Source: Ascoidea asiatica JCM 7603
Taxonomy: Eukaryota > Fungi > Ascomycota
Assembly (NCBI GenBank): GCA_001600695.1
Contig: BCKQ01000013.1
Location: 351,989-415,988, forward strand
Length of the DNA: 64,000 bases
Direction of reading: 5' to 3'
Notes under the pieces: model-generated
What the model was told of the DNA's origin: nothing
Database searches by the model: none
What the model saw: only the letters and a program-made list of their open reading frames with translations
In this document: positions 34,869 to 47,245 of the stretch, in pieces
How positions within the stretch are numbered: the first letter of the stretch is position 1
Layout of the letters: each line of letters starts with the position of its first letter
Program-made: the position numbers and the translations under genes

Positions 34869-35839
34869 GGAGTATGTTATGCTGGAAGGTTTTCCCGCTT
34901 CGGCGATCTACAGGTGGCCCAGTGGATTAGTCTTCGTTTAACGAAGAACTGATTTGGTTTCGAATCGTGATTGAGGAAAAAAAAGTTGAACAGGTGAGAT
35001 GTTTCTCACTTTTCCTAGCTTTTTTGAAAAGTGGCCTGAAATTCCTGACTTTTTTAGGGGGGTTAGAAAAATTAAAAAACACTAGACATAATTGCCTTTT
35101 TAATATTGTTAGTGAGCTACGGAAAGAAAGGGTATGGCTTCGAAAAAAAAATTTTAAAACTACACTACAAGCATTGATGTAAATAGGTGGTCGACAATAC
35201 TTTAAATTATACTCTTGTTTTGACTTGTTGTATAACTCGCAACAATCCTACTCAGCCAATACCATAATCAATATTACCAAGTGTCGGCGAGTTAATAAAT
35301 ACCTGCTCAAAATGCTTACTATCAAAAACCAAAGGTACACCCAACGAAGTATAACAAACAAAAGGCGGTGATGCAAAAATTTAGATTTCTCTATTTAATT
35401 TTACTATTAAATATATTGATTCAAAATCTTTTTTTGTTTATTGAGTTTTAAGTCTAAAAATTAATCAAAAATCTGCTTAATTTACATGATAATTTGAAAT
35501 AATAAAAAAAGAAATCTATAAGTATTTATAAAGATTTTGAAGCCATACATTTGCCCAAAAGTAAGTGTTGCAATTGTAGCAAAAGTAATCAGGAAGAGAA
35601 TTGGTGAAATTGTAAAATTGTGAAATGTAATAATAAAAAATAATTTTCAAATTGTCAAATTAACCATTATTGTTTAAACATAAAAATAGATAAAAATAAA
35701 ACAAGATATTAATTAGTTAAAGATAGAACAGAATTGTAATTACTATATACAAAATATGAAGTTTCAATAGTCTTCAATGTAAAATTATAGCATGTTGCAT
35801 TAATTAAAGGAAATCCTTTTTTTTTTATTTTTAATTATA

Positions 35840-36720
35840 TTTTGCAAAACGAATTTAATTGAAGTTGTAATTGCTTGATTTGGATTGAAGACTTCTTTTT
35901 TGCTGACATGATAGATCGTTTTGTATTGAAGTTTATAAGAATAAATATTTTTCTTCATATTGTGAGTAAATGCTGGAAGCGGAGTACCATTCTGTCCATT
36001 TGAAACAAAATTTTAATGAGCAATATTAAAGGTAACATTATTTTCTTGGAAATAATTAAAAAAAGTTTTGATTCTTTCATTATTGCTGAACTCATTTTTA
36101 ATTGATTTAATATTTTTTCACCTCTATTTGTTTAAAGTTTTGAATAAATAATATATTTGAAATCATAATTGAAACCATTTGAAAATAACTGGTATTTGTA
36201 AATGAATACTTTCCTGATCTTGATGCTTGACATTATAAATAAGAAATTGAAAAGTTAAAGAAAAATTATGAAATGAAAGTTTATTTAATTGGGGATTATA
36301 ATTTTTTAGTTTAATAGATTGAAGTTTAATTTGTTTACAAAAAGATCTTGATAATTGTTTATAAATGTTTTGAACTAAAGGATCTTGAAATTGAAAATTG
36401 AGTAATTCAAGTTAATTTTTATAAACTTTAATAATAAAATTAGTATTAAAAGATACTTATAATATCTCTGATTGCATCCCAGTGGTAATACAATTAGCTA
36501 AAAAAACCTTCAATATTTGATTCCTAAATAGAGCTTTTGAAGAGATTAAAAGTTTATTATCCTGTTGAAGAATTTTGAATATAATTTGTGATGTTGAAGA
36601 AATAAAATCTTGTTCTTGTAGACCTGATGTAAAAGTTTCTTGATTATTTATTAAACAATTTGCTGAATCTGGTTGAGAAGAATCTGAATCACTAATATCA
36701 ATAATTGTAAGCTTATGGAA
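35840..36720 (-). pseudogene. Decayed AT-rich coding relic of unknown origin
   Basis: Protein-like stretches on the minus strand (IIDISDSDSSQPDSANCLINNQETF...) interrupted by frameshifts and stops; no family recognised. Confidence 0.35.
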
Positions 36721-37749
36721 AAGAATAATTTAATTTGATTGAATAATATAGAATATAAAAGAAAATATAATTGAAAATATGTGAAATTCAGCTTTAATTT
36801 TATGGACTAAATTACTGAACATTGGTAATAATGGTTGTTTTTGCGAGAGGCCTAATTGTTGGATTTTGAGCCTGAAAACTTGACCAAAAAGGAGAAATTA
36901 TTGATTTTGGGGAGATATTCTGTGAAAATAACAGATGAATTTGAAGAAAGGTTTACTCGGAGGAGATGCATAAAGATGCTGGTAATTTGATAAAAAAATT
37001 TAAGAGAGTTAAATGATAGGCTGGGACTGAGTATATACGGAAACTGAAACCGTCGACGGATAAAGGAGAAATAGACGTAAGTGATTTCAATTTAATTTGA
37101 ATCGCTTCCTTACATCCTCCATAATTCTCCCTCCAAATAAATTAACCATTACTTATAAAATATCTTATAGAGATCAGGGTACACATTTTTTCACAGTTCG
37201 CAAAACCAGCAACACCAAGCAAAACAGATTAACAACGTATAACGACTGTTTTCCTATCCTTTTAATTCAAGGATCGGTGCCTCCCACTTTACGAGCATTT
37301 AGTGGTCTAAACGAGCTTTGGCCGTTAGGAAAACACAAGGGGACATTAACCAGCCAGTGCTAAATAACCGGATGGATTAATACCAATCACGTGAAAAAAA
37401 TTTGTTGCGCGGTGCAACGCTCTGTTTACTATTGCGCAAAAAACCATTTCCCTCACTACACGAACAGTTATTGTTGAATTCAAATTAATATAAAAGAATG
37501 TAAAATCGCAAAACAAGTGTTAATATTTAAGCAATAATATTAATAAGTAATATAATTAGTAGTAATCCAATTAATAATAAATAATTTTATTAAAAAGTCT
37601 ATTAACCGCAAAAACCTTTGATGAACTCATTTGAAAAAATTAAAAAGTTTATCAGTTCGATACCTGATATGTAGGACAATCTGTTAAATGTTAACATTAA
37701 CGGACTGTGCGGCAAACAAGATATTTGTATTCACTATCCGGTAACTGCT

Positions 37750-39601
37750 GCGGAAATGGATCTTTATGAACTCGCAATGGAATTTCCGGTAGAGCGTTTT
37801 TGCTTTCCTCATCCGTGTGATTCTGTTAATTTTCGGACAATTGAGGAAAGAATCCATTGTAAACGTACTCCTTGCGAGCTATGCCCGGCTAACACACTTC
37901 AAACACTTTTGCTGTTGTTCCGCAAACAAATGGTAACCAATGGTTCTGGTCTCAACTAATAAATACATTAAGATTATGCAAACACAAAAAAAAAGCTGAC
38001 ACACAAAAGTGGCTCCGCATGAATTTTAATTTTTTTTGGCTGTGGTTACTACATTAGGAACAAATAAAATTACAAATATCAATCATTTTTATTACAAAAA
38101 TCAACAAAACTTTAAATTAATTAGGTCAACAATGGGATATTTTAGATTTAATAATCTTAACACGTTTTTGCATGTTTCTCTCAGATAACCTAATACATTA
38201 GGTTTATCCTGTTTATCGTTGTACAGACAAATGTCCGGATTAGGAATATTGTGCTATATACAGTCCTTGTTTATCCGAGGCTTTTCCGTTGGTACGCATA
38301 ACGGAGGCTGAGCCTCCCGGTTGTTTGGCAAGTTGCACGTCTGTTCAGAATTTCCAAAACCACTATATAGTCTATGAATTCCTGTATTATTCTCATCTTC
38401 AATAATTTAATAAAATAAATCATAGTAAATTTGACAGTTTCTGATCCAGCGGAGACCCTATTTTAGCTTACTCTTCATTAGGACAAGGTAGCCTCTTTAG
38501 GGGATCATATTGTTAGGACAAGTCAGAAACGTTTCAATTTAGGATCAACCGTGCCGATAGATGAACTGGTCGTCAAGTTTAAAGGTAGATCCCGTGATAC
38601 TACAGTCGTAATGAATAAACCAATTAAATGGGTTACAAGGTTTTTTGCTCTCGCGGAAGCCGGATACACTTTTTCCATGGTTTACAGTTTAACAAATAAG
38701 TCAGGCGAATTAATTGATGTCCAAATACTTGGAACTTTTAACGGCACAAAACATCTTGTGGCTAATTTGGCGGGTGAAATTCAATACACTGCAGGACGGT
38801 TCTTTACATGGATAATTATGTTACCTTGGTGAAACTTTTTCAATGGTTTAAATCCCAATTCAATATGCGTGCTACTGGTACTGCAGGACCTAGCCCATCC
38901 TATCCTAAATGGTTTTCCGAAATGAAATCCAAAAAAAATAATTTACAATCACAAGAATTTAATTATAAATATGTGGAGGATATTGGATGTTTTGAGTACA
39001 TGGATAGAAATGTGATTTCAGGAGTTAGTGCAGCGCATGACCTCAATGATGTTGTTATTAAAGAAAAATACAAACCTAACACCAGAACATTAGGACACCT
39101 TAAGTCCGCAATTGGTGTAATTTGCATGGAAGTTAGTAAGGCCGATTCCTATTCCAAGGGTACTTAATGATTAAAACTAAGACGCGGGTGGTGTTTATAT
39201 ATCCGACCAATTCCGGCCGGTTATACCTCCCATTTAAGGGCTCACAGAAGTTAGTTAACTATTTTTTTATTTGTGGTTGATGTGGGTCTTATTAGTAGCC
39301 ACGGACTTTACAAAAATTCAAAAAGCGTAAACCTATCCTATGTTGAATTCCGAAATTTATGATTATCAATTGCCTTACTAGGTAATTATCAGAGACAGCT
39401 GTGCTTTTGCGTACTTCTAATGAAACTCCCGGAACTCATGGCCGGATTAAAGCCCAAAGAAAAAGTTGTTTCCGGTATTGCTTCAGTGCAAAAACGGAAT
39501 CAAAAAAAGGGTTTTCCTCTTTTGAGTTCCGTAGCTGTTGTTTAGACCTTTGTGCTCAGTGCTGGGATGAGTTGCTGTTGAGAAGTACTCATACTGTTTA
39601 A
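37750..39601 (+). mobile_element. piggyBac transposase pseudogene
   Basis: RFNNLNTFLHVSD, VPIDELVVKFKGRS...NKPIK (first Asp), MDNY (second Asp), PIPRVLND*N*DAGGVYISDQ (third motif with D>Y) and a C-terminal Cys-rich domain (RKSCFRYC...CCLDLCAQCW). TTAA termini were not identified. Confidence 0.9.
38179..38436 (+). mobile_element. 258-bp solo LTR inserted in the piggyBac transposase
   Basis: Flanked by a perfect 5-bp GTTTC duplication (38174-38178 and 38437-38441); ends TCTCAGAT...ATTTGACA form an imperfect inverted repeat; internal TATA and AATAAA. Removing it restores LHVS|DP. Confidence 0.8.
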
Positions 39602-39639
39602 ATCTTGAGGCTTGTTATCACTCATTTTTATTTATTTAA

Positions 39640-40350
39640 TTGTATCACTTTTTGTTATATAATAAAGATCATTTACACATATTAGCATTTAATATTATAA
39701 AAATTGATTATCAATCTGATTCAAAGAATATATAAAAAATAAAAATAGAAATAAGAGAAAAATAGATCATTTATATAAGTTTGCATTTTTAAAATTCATA
39801 AGAAAATACCAATAAACGAATGGGAGAAATTCATCTGATGGCCCTTTAAAAATATTTCCAATTTTTTAGTTCCTCATGGAAATTCATTTCTGAACTTAAC
39901 TAAATTGTATTGTACCATAACAGTAGTTTTACAGTTTTCCTCATCTCTGTTACGATTGTAGCATAAGGATTTATCTTCACCAAAATATTTGATAGCTTTC
40001 GATGAAAGATTATTGATTTTTTTCTGGAGCTGGCTTTCTATCGGGCCTTTTAATTTACAGTTCTTTTAATCTTCATTTCGGATTCAATTTGATTAATATC
40101 TTCTAACAGATGATCACCTTGATCTAATTCTAATTGAGAGTTTTCAGTGACTTGTTCTTGCTCAGTAGTAGCTTCAGGAGTAAATAAAGTATTCATTTTG
40201 AATTGTTGTTTAAGTTGAAATCACGAATAAAGATAAAAATCAGTAGAAAATAATTAACTTTCCTTTGGAAGAAACATGCAATTTAAATACTATCTCAATT
40301 GACATAATTCGTGGAGGGGTAAACTTAAATTGATATCATTAAAGATAGGT
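39640..40350 (-). repeat. Orphan ORF cassette, copy A (inverted homologue of 46260-47245)
   Basis: ATG at 40196; peptide KYFGEDKSLCYNR...MVQYNLVKFRNEFP; upstream and downstream non-coding flanks also align with copy B. Confidence 0.75.
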
Positions 40351-42544
40351 AGCCTTTATTACACAAAGGCAATGTAACTATTATTACTTCAACAGTCGCA
40401 CCTTGATAGCGAACATTGTTGGTGGTCTCAAGTTCAACTAATCAGAAATTCGGGCATTGGTTATTCAGGGGAGGAGTTATCTAGTTACCCTACCTCTTTC
40501 TTAACTGCAATTTTGTTTAATAGTTGACTTTTCTATAAATATTTAGTTTTTCATTACAGAATAACACATGGTCGTTCTGACGTTTTATGGTCGTATAAGG
40601 CAGGGCACAGATCATTGAATTAAAGGGATAGTCCGCAGCTTTGTTCACTGGGTCTGTTAGTTTTATCTAATCGGACACTATGTGCTTGTTGCATAGTGCT
40701 TACGGGCTTCGAAAAATGTCACCGTTTTCAATTTGCTAATACTTGGGTAAAATTGTGCACTGCATTTTTATTTTTGTGGCCAATTTTATTTTAAGTTTTG
40801 GCTATTTCAGATTTACCTGTTTTTGAGTGAAATATTTCAAAAAATGCTAGTGAAGATTTTTCAAAGGTTGCGATTTAAGATTGCATTGATGGAGTTACAT
40901 AGATATTGGGAGGAATCCGTTTGCGATATTACGACATATTACAGAAAGAACGTTTCCATCGAGCTTTAGCTTGGTTGATGAATACGCAAGCGTTGGCACT
41001 GTCAAAAGCCGTAATCGAGCAGTGGTTAAAAGCATATTTGATAGTACAATTGGCTTCCAGTGGCAATTGATTTTTACATTTTAAATGCTTTAATTCGTAA
41101 GTCAATTCTACCAACCTCCATATGATTACTGCTCCATGTATGGTAAAAAAGGTACATAAAACCAAGAAGTGAAATTAAATCCAACTATATTTGAACTTAA
41201 ACACCCATGAAAAGATAGGTCTGCTATTAATGACCATTTGATGCTCTTCGCTAAAAATCGAACCTCCCCACTTATACTTCACTGGGGACTAAATGCTAAT
41301 AAGTTAAAACATTTTAAATATGAAGAGGCATTAATAGAACGAGAATGTTAATTTATTTTATGCTCTAAAACATAGGTCTCCAAACAGAAATTTATAGCTG
41401 ACCAAGTAATAGTACAAGTAAACCAATTAAATACAAATATGAATAATTTCAAAGCGTTAAATGTTATTATTTAACAATGTGTATTAGAAAATCATTTTTC
41501 GACTTCGCATTCAAATAAAAGCGCTTAATTAAATTCTTTAACCAAACTCCAATTATTTAAACTTTTTTTACATTCCGAGAATACAATTTTATACCGATCA
41601 AAGAAAGTTGTCTTAGGCCGAGTGGTTATTACCCGACAAATTTATGTTTTACATTTGGAAAAAAATATGCAATTAAAATGGCAAGTCCTAATTTTTACTC
41701 AACAGCAAGTTTGGATTATCATTAAAAAAGGAAATATCCTAATGTTAGTAAAAGCAAGTTTTCCCAACTTTACAAAATCATTTGTATGTAATTGTAATTT
41801 CCAATGGTTCAGGCTCTTCCTCAGCATCTGTTCAATATACTGGTAGTGGTAATAAATCTCCTTAAGCAAATAATTGTTTTTTGTATCTTTTAAGAGTATT
41901 CATGTTTTCGAATGGTGTAAATATGTCGTATTATTCTTGTTTTTCTTTATTGTTTCTTATTTTGGTTTGGAATTATCAGACACTAGACTAACCAATTAAT
42001 TACTTTATTACTATCAGAGTTACATTTTTTGTTTCTTTGTTTATTTATCAGTAATTTTATAGTGTTTCCTATAATAAAGTTATAATCTGAGGGTAGCAGT
42101 TTGAATATCTTATTCAAATTTTATTATTTTTTTCTACAACCATTTAAATTTATATTTGCAACTGCTCCCTTTAATGTTTACTTGTAGGTTTGAGTAATAT
42201 CACTAATCAACTCGTATTACACCGTGGTAAGGAGTTAGATCCCTTTCAGAAGAAACCAGGATATTTCCACATCCCAGTTCATTACCATCATCCTGGTTTC
42301 GTTTGCACCCCTCCTATTTTTTTAAATCCTTTTTTTTCAAGTTTCCAATTTTCCTATTTAAGTTCTTATTTACAGTATTTATTTATCCGTCCTGGCACTG
42401 CGCCTCTTTGCACGTGCCTCATCACCACACCCACTTTGAAGGCCCATTACGGTTAAGAGAGGTCGTACTAATTTACTATGAGGGCTCATTTTGGTTCACG
42501 CGTGTGTGGCCCTATTATCATTATCAATCTCAAATATTTCTACA

Positions 42545-42950
42545 TTATGTCATCAATATCAACTGATATTCTTTTAATATTAACTTATCATTATTAATTT
42601 CAATTATTTCTAAATTGGTTCATCAATATAAACTTATAATCGATCAATATTAACTTATAATCTTTCAATATTAACTTATAATCTTTCAATATTAACTTAT
42701 AATCTTTCAATATTAAGTTCTAATCTTTCAAAATTAAATTACCTTTATCAATTTCAATTACAGCTAAATTTCTTCATCAAAATAAACTTATAATCTTTTG
42801 ATATCAACACATCATTATTTACTCTTATTGTTGCTAAGTTGCTTCATTAATATCAACATATAATCCTTTAATATTATCTCATCGTTATTGATTCTTGCTA
42901 TTTTTATATAGCTTCATCATTATCAACTTATAATATTTCTAAATTGACCT
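42545..42950. repeat. Hierarchical minisatellite (21-bp CAATATTAACTTATAATCTTT units within degenerate units of about 70 bp)
   Basis: Near-perfect 21-bp tandem copies at about 42625-42730, flanked by longer degenerate units starting CTTCAT. Confidence 0.8.
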
Positions 42951-42956
42951 ATCATT

Positions 42957-45294
42957 ATGGCTGTCCCCTCTACATACAGGATTGCTCGGGCTATGTCTAC
43001 ATCTGATACCACTACAACTGCTGCTGTTTCAGAAACCAAAGCGAAGGCTATGGTTAAGGCCACTCATTAGTATGGTGAGTATGATATTGACATCTCCTCA
43101 GATGAAGATTATACAGAAGAAAATATTGATTTCGCTCTAACTGCTCCAAAGCCCACAACTGGTGCATCAGCTGTATTAGATACCATGCCTACACTGATCA
43201 AAAGTACTCCCGAAAATTCTAGTGTTTACTTTCATGAACACAATGATGCCAATATGTTCGGTCATGACTTTGAAGCAACTGAAAAAGTTAGGCGAAGAAG
43301 TGTTTCTGTTACTGATGCAGGACCGCTAGGTTGGTTATTCGTATTGTTAAGGGTTTTCAATCAATACTTAATTAGTACTGTTAGGGATTATCTTTTCACG
43401 ATAGTAAACCCTGAGGAAGTTGAAGACGGTAGGATTATTAAACGTCTCTTGGAAAGCTCTGGGGATAATTGGTGCTACATATACCATCATGATATGGATG
43501 TTTTTCTGGGATTTAAAGAATCGTTTTAATTTACCCTTTTTCAACCAAATTTTGGTACAATCAAGGCTGTGGATTTATTAATTGATGATATTGTAAACCT
43601 ATCCCATTCTGTTACTCCTACTCCAATTAAGGTTGTGCACCTGGTTGTTTTCATAGAGCTAATCCTAGATTCAAGACGTTACCCCTACAAGTCAAAATCA
43701 TGATTACCATCTACGCTGGTACTTGATGGACTAGATTCGATAGCCTTATCTGTTGGAAATAATAGAGATCTATATATATGCTAGGGCATATATGGGTACT
43801 AACACCATAGGTGGTGAAGGTCTAAAAGACACGTATCTATAGTAAACATAAAAGAATTGTGTATTATACAACAATGTGTCTACACTATCTAAAATTATGC
43901 ATAGAGATGCATAATTGGGCATAAATATACATATTGTTGCATAAAGTTGCATTAAGTTGCATGAAGAATACATCAATTTACATGACCTTGCATGAGTCTG
44001 TGTACAGGTACATAGATAGTGGGACATCATGTGATCTTATAGTCACATGTCATAGGTCATGTGTGCTTGCGTCAGGCATAGCGTACAAAGTAGAAAAGAC
44101 CTTGAGATTGGTACCAGCCATAGTCGTATAACCATTAAGAGCATATGAAAGCTTAGCCACTCCGTAGGAGGTGAATTAAAGAGGAGTTAGGATTTAACGT
44201 CTATCCGGATTGAAGTTAAATCCGAAAGGCCAATCGGATCCAGGCAGGAACGCCTTCTGGATGGCTGGATTGGCTAAGCCTAGTTTCATGTGAGATAAGG
44301 TATAAGTCTCACTGCGTATACCGAATTGTCTCGGAGTAAACAGGAGACTAGTGGAGATAGTCCCGTAAGAGATCTATCCCGAGTACAGCTTCGGGATTAA
44401 ACATTATTCCCGGAAATTAGTGCGATTGTCTACCCCACTGAAAAGTGGGCTGATTGGTTTTACTAGGGTAAAATTGAAATCTGAATTTCAATTGATTTTT
44501 AATCAAGTTTTCAATCCTTTTTAGAAGGTAAAGTTGATTCCCACACTGATTGTACGAAGGAATCCAGGGAGTTTTGGGAATTCCCGAGAATTCTCGATAG
44601 TTCTGCGGGACCCCGTAGGAATCCTGAATTAATATAAAAGGAATCGATTTCCTCTGATTTTTTTATATAATTTATTTAGTTTTCTTTTTAGATCATCGAT
44701 TAGCACGAGTTAATTGATTAATACATAGTAAGTAAAACATTTGATTATATAATTCGAAATTGTAAATTTGTAAAATCGATGAGAATTTATAACATTAGCA
44801 GACTCGATTATCTAGATTATTTCAACAAACAATTTGGTGTCAATTTTATGTACGAGCAGATTACTGATTATATTTTAAGTCTAGTCAAAAAGTCTATTAA
44901 AGACATTTAAACAGATGTTTCTATCCTTACAGATCATGTTATGTTCCCTATGGCACAAACTACATAGGATGCCAATGTTTATGAAATCAAAGCCAACCGT
45001 ACCTTTCTAGGTTCTCGCTGTTTCTCGGATCCAGTTGTGCAAGATCTATTTTATGGTAGAACTTCGGATATGGTTAACGATCCAGCAAAACGTTGGTTAG
45101 CAATCAATCCACAGGATGCTACTGATTTAGTGCTTGACTTTATGCGTTCAAATGAGCCTAATAACTTCAAAAGTATGAGATCTTCCTTTATGGCTAAATT
45201 CTTTAATGGCCCAAAACTACTAGTTGCAAGTGTCTATAATACTTATTCTTTGGAAAAGACTAAATCTGAGATACATTCCTCATTCCAAGAATAA
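42957..45294 (+). mobile_element. Decayed gag-like ORF (probably Ty3/gypsy type) split by a 1-kb solo LTR
   Basis: One reading frame from ATG 42957 with scattered stops continues across the LTR junction (DSIALS|DSII); helical gag-like motifs LGWLFVLLRVF and PAKRWL...FKSMRSSFMAKFF. Confidence 0.45.
43751..44794 (+). mobile_element. 1044-bp solo LTR
   Basis: Begins TGTT and ends AACA; flanks TTATC / TTAGC (4 of 5 match); TATAAAAG near 44633; about 700 bp is homologous to 50505-51198. Confidence 0.75.
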
Positions 45295-46259
45295 ACACTC
45301 TATTATAAGAATTTCCATTTAACCGCTGTCAACACCCTATACCGTCCGCGTGTTTGTTTTTTACTTTATATTTCCTGAAATCTATTTATATGAGTCATTA
45401 TTATATGTCCCTTTAGGTTACTTGCCCTTTTGTTTTATGTTGGGTAATTTTACTCGACTAACCTATGTTAGCTTTAAAATTCTGAAATGATATAAATACT
45501 GTTCATTGCAACTCTTTTTTTATATATATATATTTGTGTTATTTTGCTTTAACCCACCCAATTTTTACTCAAGAAACAGAAACAGCTAGTTTCAAATAAG
45601 TCGGTAATACCCTACAGATTATATTACAGACTATTCGACTATTTTTCCCTAACGTTTATTTTTATATTTTTTACTTCTTTTATCTATCTACCTAAGATCA
45701 GTCTTACTGTTTCTTGTTATTATGTGTCTATTAATCTTAACTCTTGTTAATATACTTGTCATTTTTTTCATCACTCAAATCTTTTAATTTATTAGTAGAC
45801 TGTTTCAAACCCTAGCTCTAGCTACAAAATTTAGAAACCTGGTGTTTCGTTAGTGTTGTCCAGCCAGGCTCACTAAGTCTCCATATTTAAGACAAACTTA
45901 AAATACAATTGTGTTACATAAAGTGCTAATTTATTTTAGAAATGAAACAGTATAAGTAAGTCTTATAGGAAGACACACAGAGGTTTGCAAAACACAAATT
46001 TCAAACAAAACAAATTTGGTACTTTGAATATACTGTCGCACATGTTTACCGCGCGTAAAACAATTGTCCAAAAATAATTTATCCACTGTCCGACAGTTTG
46101 TCAATTCACTGCCATGTGTCGCGACCGCTCTACAAACTATTCAAAAACCTGACAATTTGTGCCAGAACCTCTGTTTCTCAAAAAGTAGCCGGTGTATGTC
46201 GTAATTGATTGTGTCAAACCATGTTGAACTAATAATGTCTACACTGTCTTTGAATCATT

Positions 46260-47245
46260 AAGGGAAGCGCTCTTTTACCTTATCAGTTCAATGTCACCTT
46301 ACTTTTTTTATACCAGGTGGAATAGTATTTAGATTGCCTGTTTTGTATAAAGGCAAGTTAATTATTTGCTTCTAATTCTTATTTTTATTTGTCATTTCAA
46401 TTTAATGAACATTAGAAAATCAATACATTATTTATTGATTAACCTATTCCCGAACAAGAACCATTTACTCAACATCCTATATTAGAATTAGAACAACCAA
46501 TCACCGATAATCTTTTAGAAGATACTATTCAGATTCAAACACAAATCCAGATCCAAATAAATATAATTAAAGGGCCTAATAAAAAGCTAGTTCCAATTAT
46601 AGAAATTGGTAATGTCTCATCAAATGGTAGTAAATATTTTGGACAACTTAAATCATTATGTTACAATTGAAAAATAGATGGGGAAAATTATAAAACCAAT
46701 ATTATGGTACAATACAATTTTGTTAAGATCAGAAATGAATTTCCATTAGGAACTAAAAAAATTGGAAAACTTTTTACCAGGTCATCAGATGAGTTTCTCC
46801 CATTCGTTTATTGATCAATCAATTAAAGATTCTAAAACTATACAATGACAAGTTAAAGAAAAGGCCTCATTTCATCAACAAGAATCAGATGATTATGGTT
46901 ATTCTCAAATTGGTTATGGTTTGTATAATAAAGATGGAACTTCAAATGAGTTTTACATTTAGTTTAAGTTTTGTTTTTGATTAAATTTTTTGTTTTTATT
47001 TAATTTTTATTTTTCTTGTCTATACCTCCAAATTTCTTCTTTTTGTTCTTTCAATTTTTTTTTCATAAAATTGATTGTTTTTTATTCATTTTAAAATAAA
47101 ATGAAATTTATATAAATTGATCAATATTTCTCTCATTTTTGTTCTTTTTTTATGTATATTTTTGAAGAAAATTGATTAACTATATTTATAATATTAGATT
47201 CTAAGATTTATAATTTATCTTTATTATATAACAAAAAGTGATTAA
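46260..47245 (+). repeat. Orphan ORF cassette, copy B
   Basis: Peptide SKYFGQLKSLCYN*KIDGENYKTNIMVQYNFVKIRNEFPLGTKKIG...DEFLPFVY*; shares the 3' flank CTTTATTATATAACAAAAAGTGAT with copy A. Confidence 0.75.

Larger units (their letters stand above)
31897..35084 (+). mobile_element. hAT-superfamily DNA transposon (hAT-1), near full length, transposase disrupted (about 32393-34526)
   Basis: Termini CAGTGTTT / AAACACTA; BED-finger remnant (KCGSW...KHAKARH), SLTTDLWT, TDDNACN, RCLSHIINL (CxxH), RRWNS and C-terminal FWKENRARFPKLFKIARVIFAVQGSSVGSERLFS. Flanking 8-mers TCCATAGC / GACATAAT share only the central CATA. Confidence 0.92.

Noticed and set aside
41590-41720. Protein-kinase fragment (VLGR...YAIKM)
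   Set aside because: It requires frameshifts and no HRD or DFG motifs follow.
42545-42950. CRISPR-like array
   Set aside because: Units are contiguous tandem repeats without unique spacers, in a eukaryotic genome with no cas genes.
45978-46173. hAT-type MITE with CAGAGGTT / AACCTCTG ends
   Set aside because: The inverted repeat is short, there is no 8-bp target duplication and there is no second copy in the window.
39640-47245. Komagataella-type centromeric inverted repeat around a central core
   Set aside because: The arms are strongly diverged, differ by a large indel and encode an ORF; homogenised centromeric arms would be near-identical.
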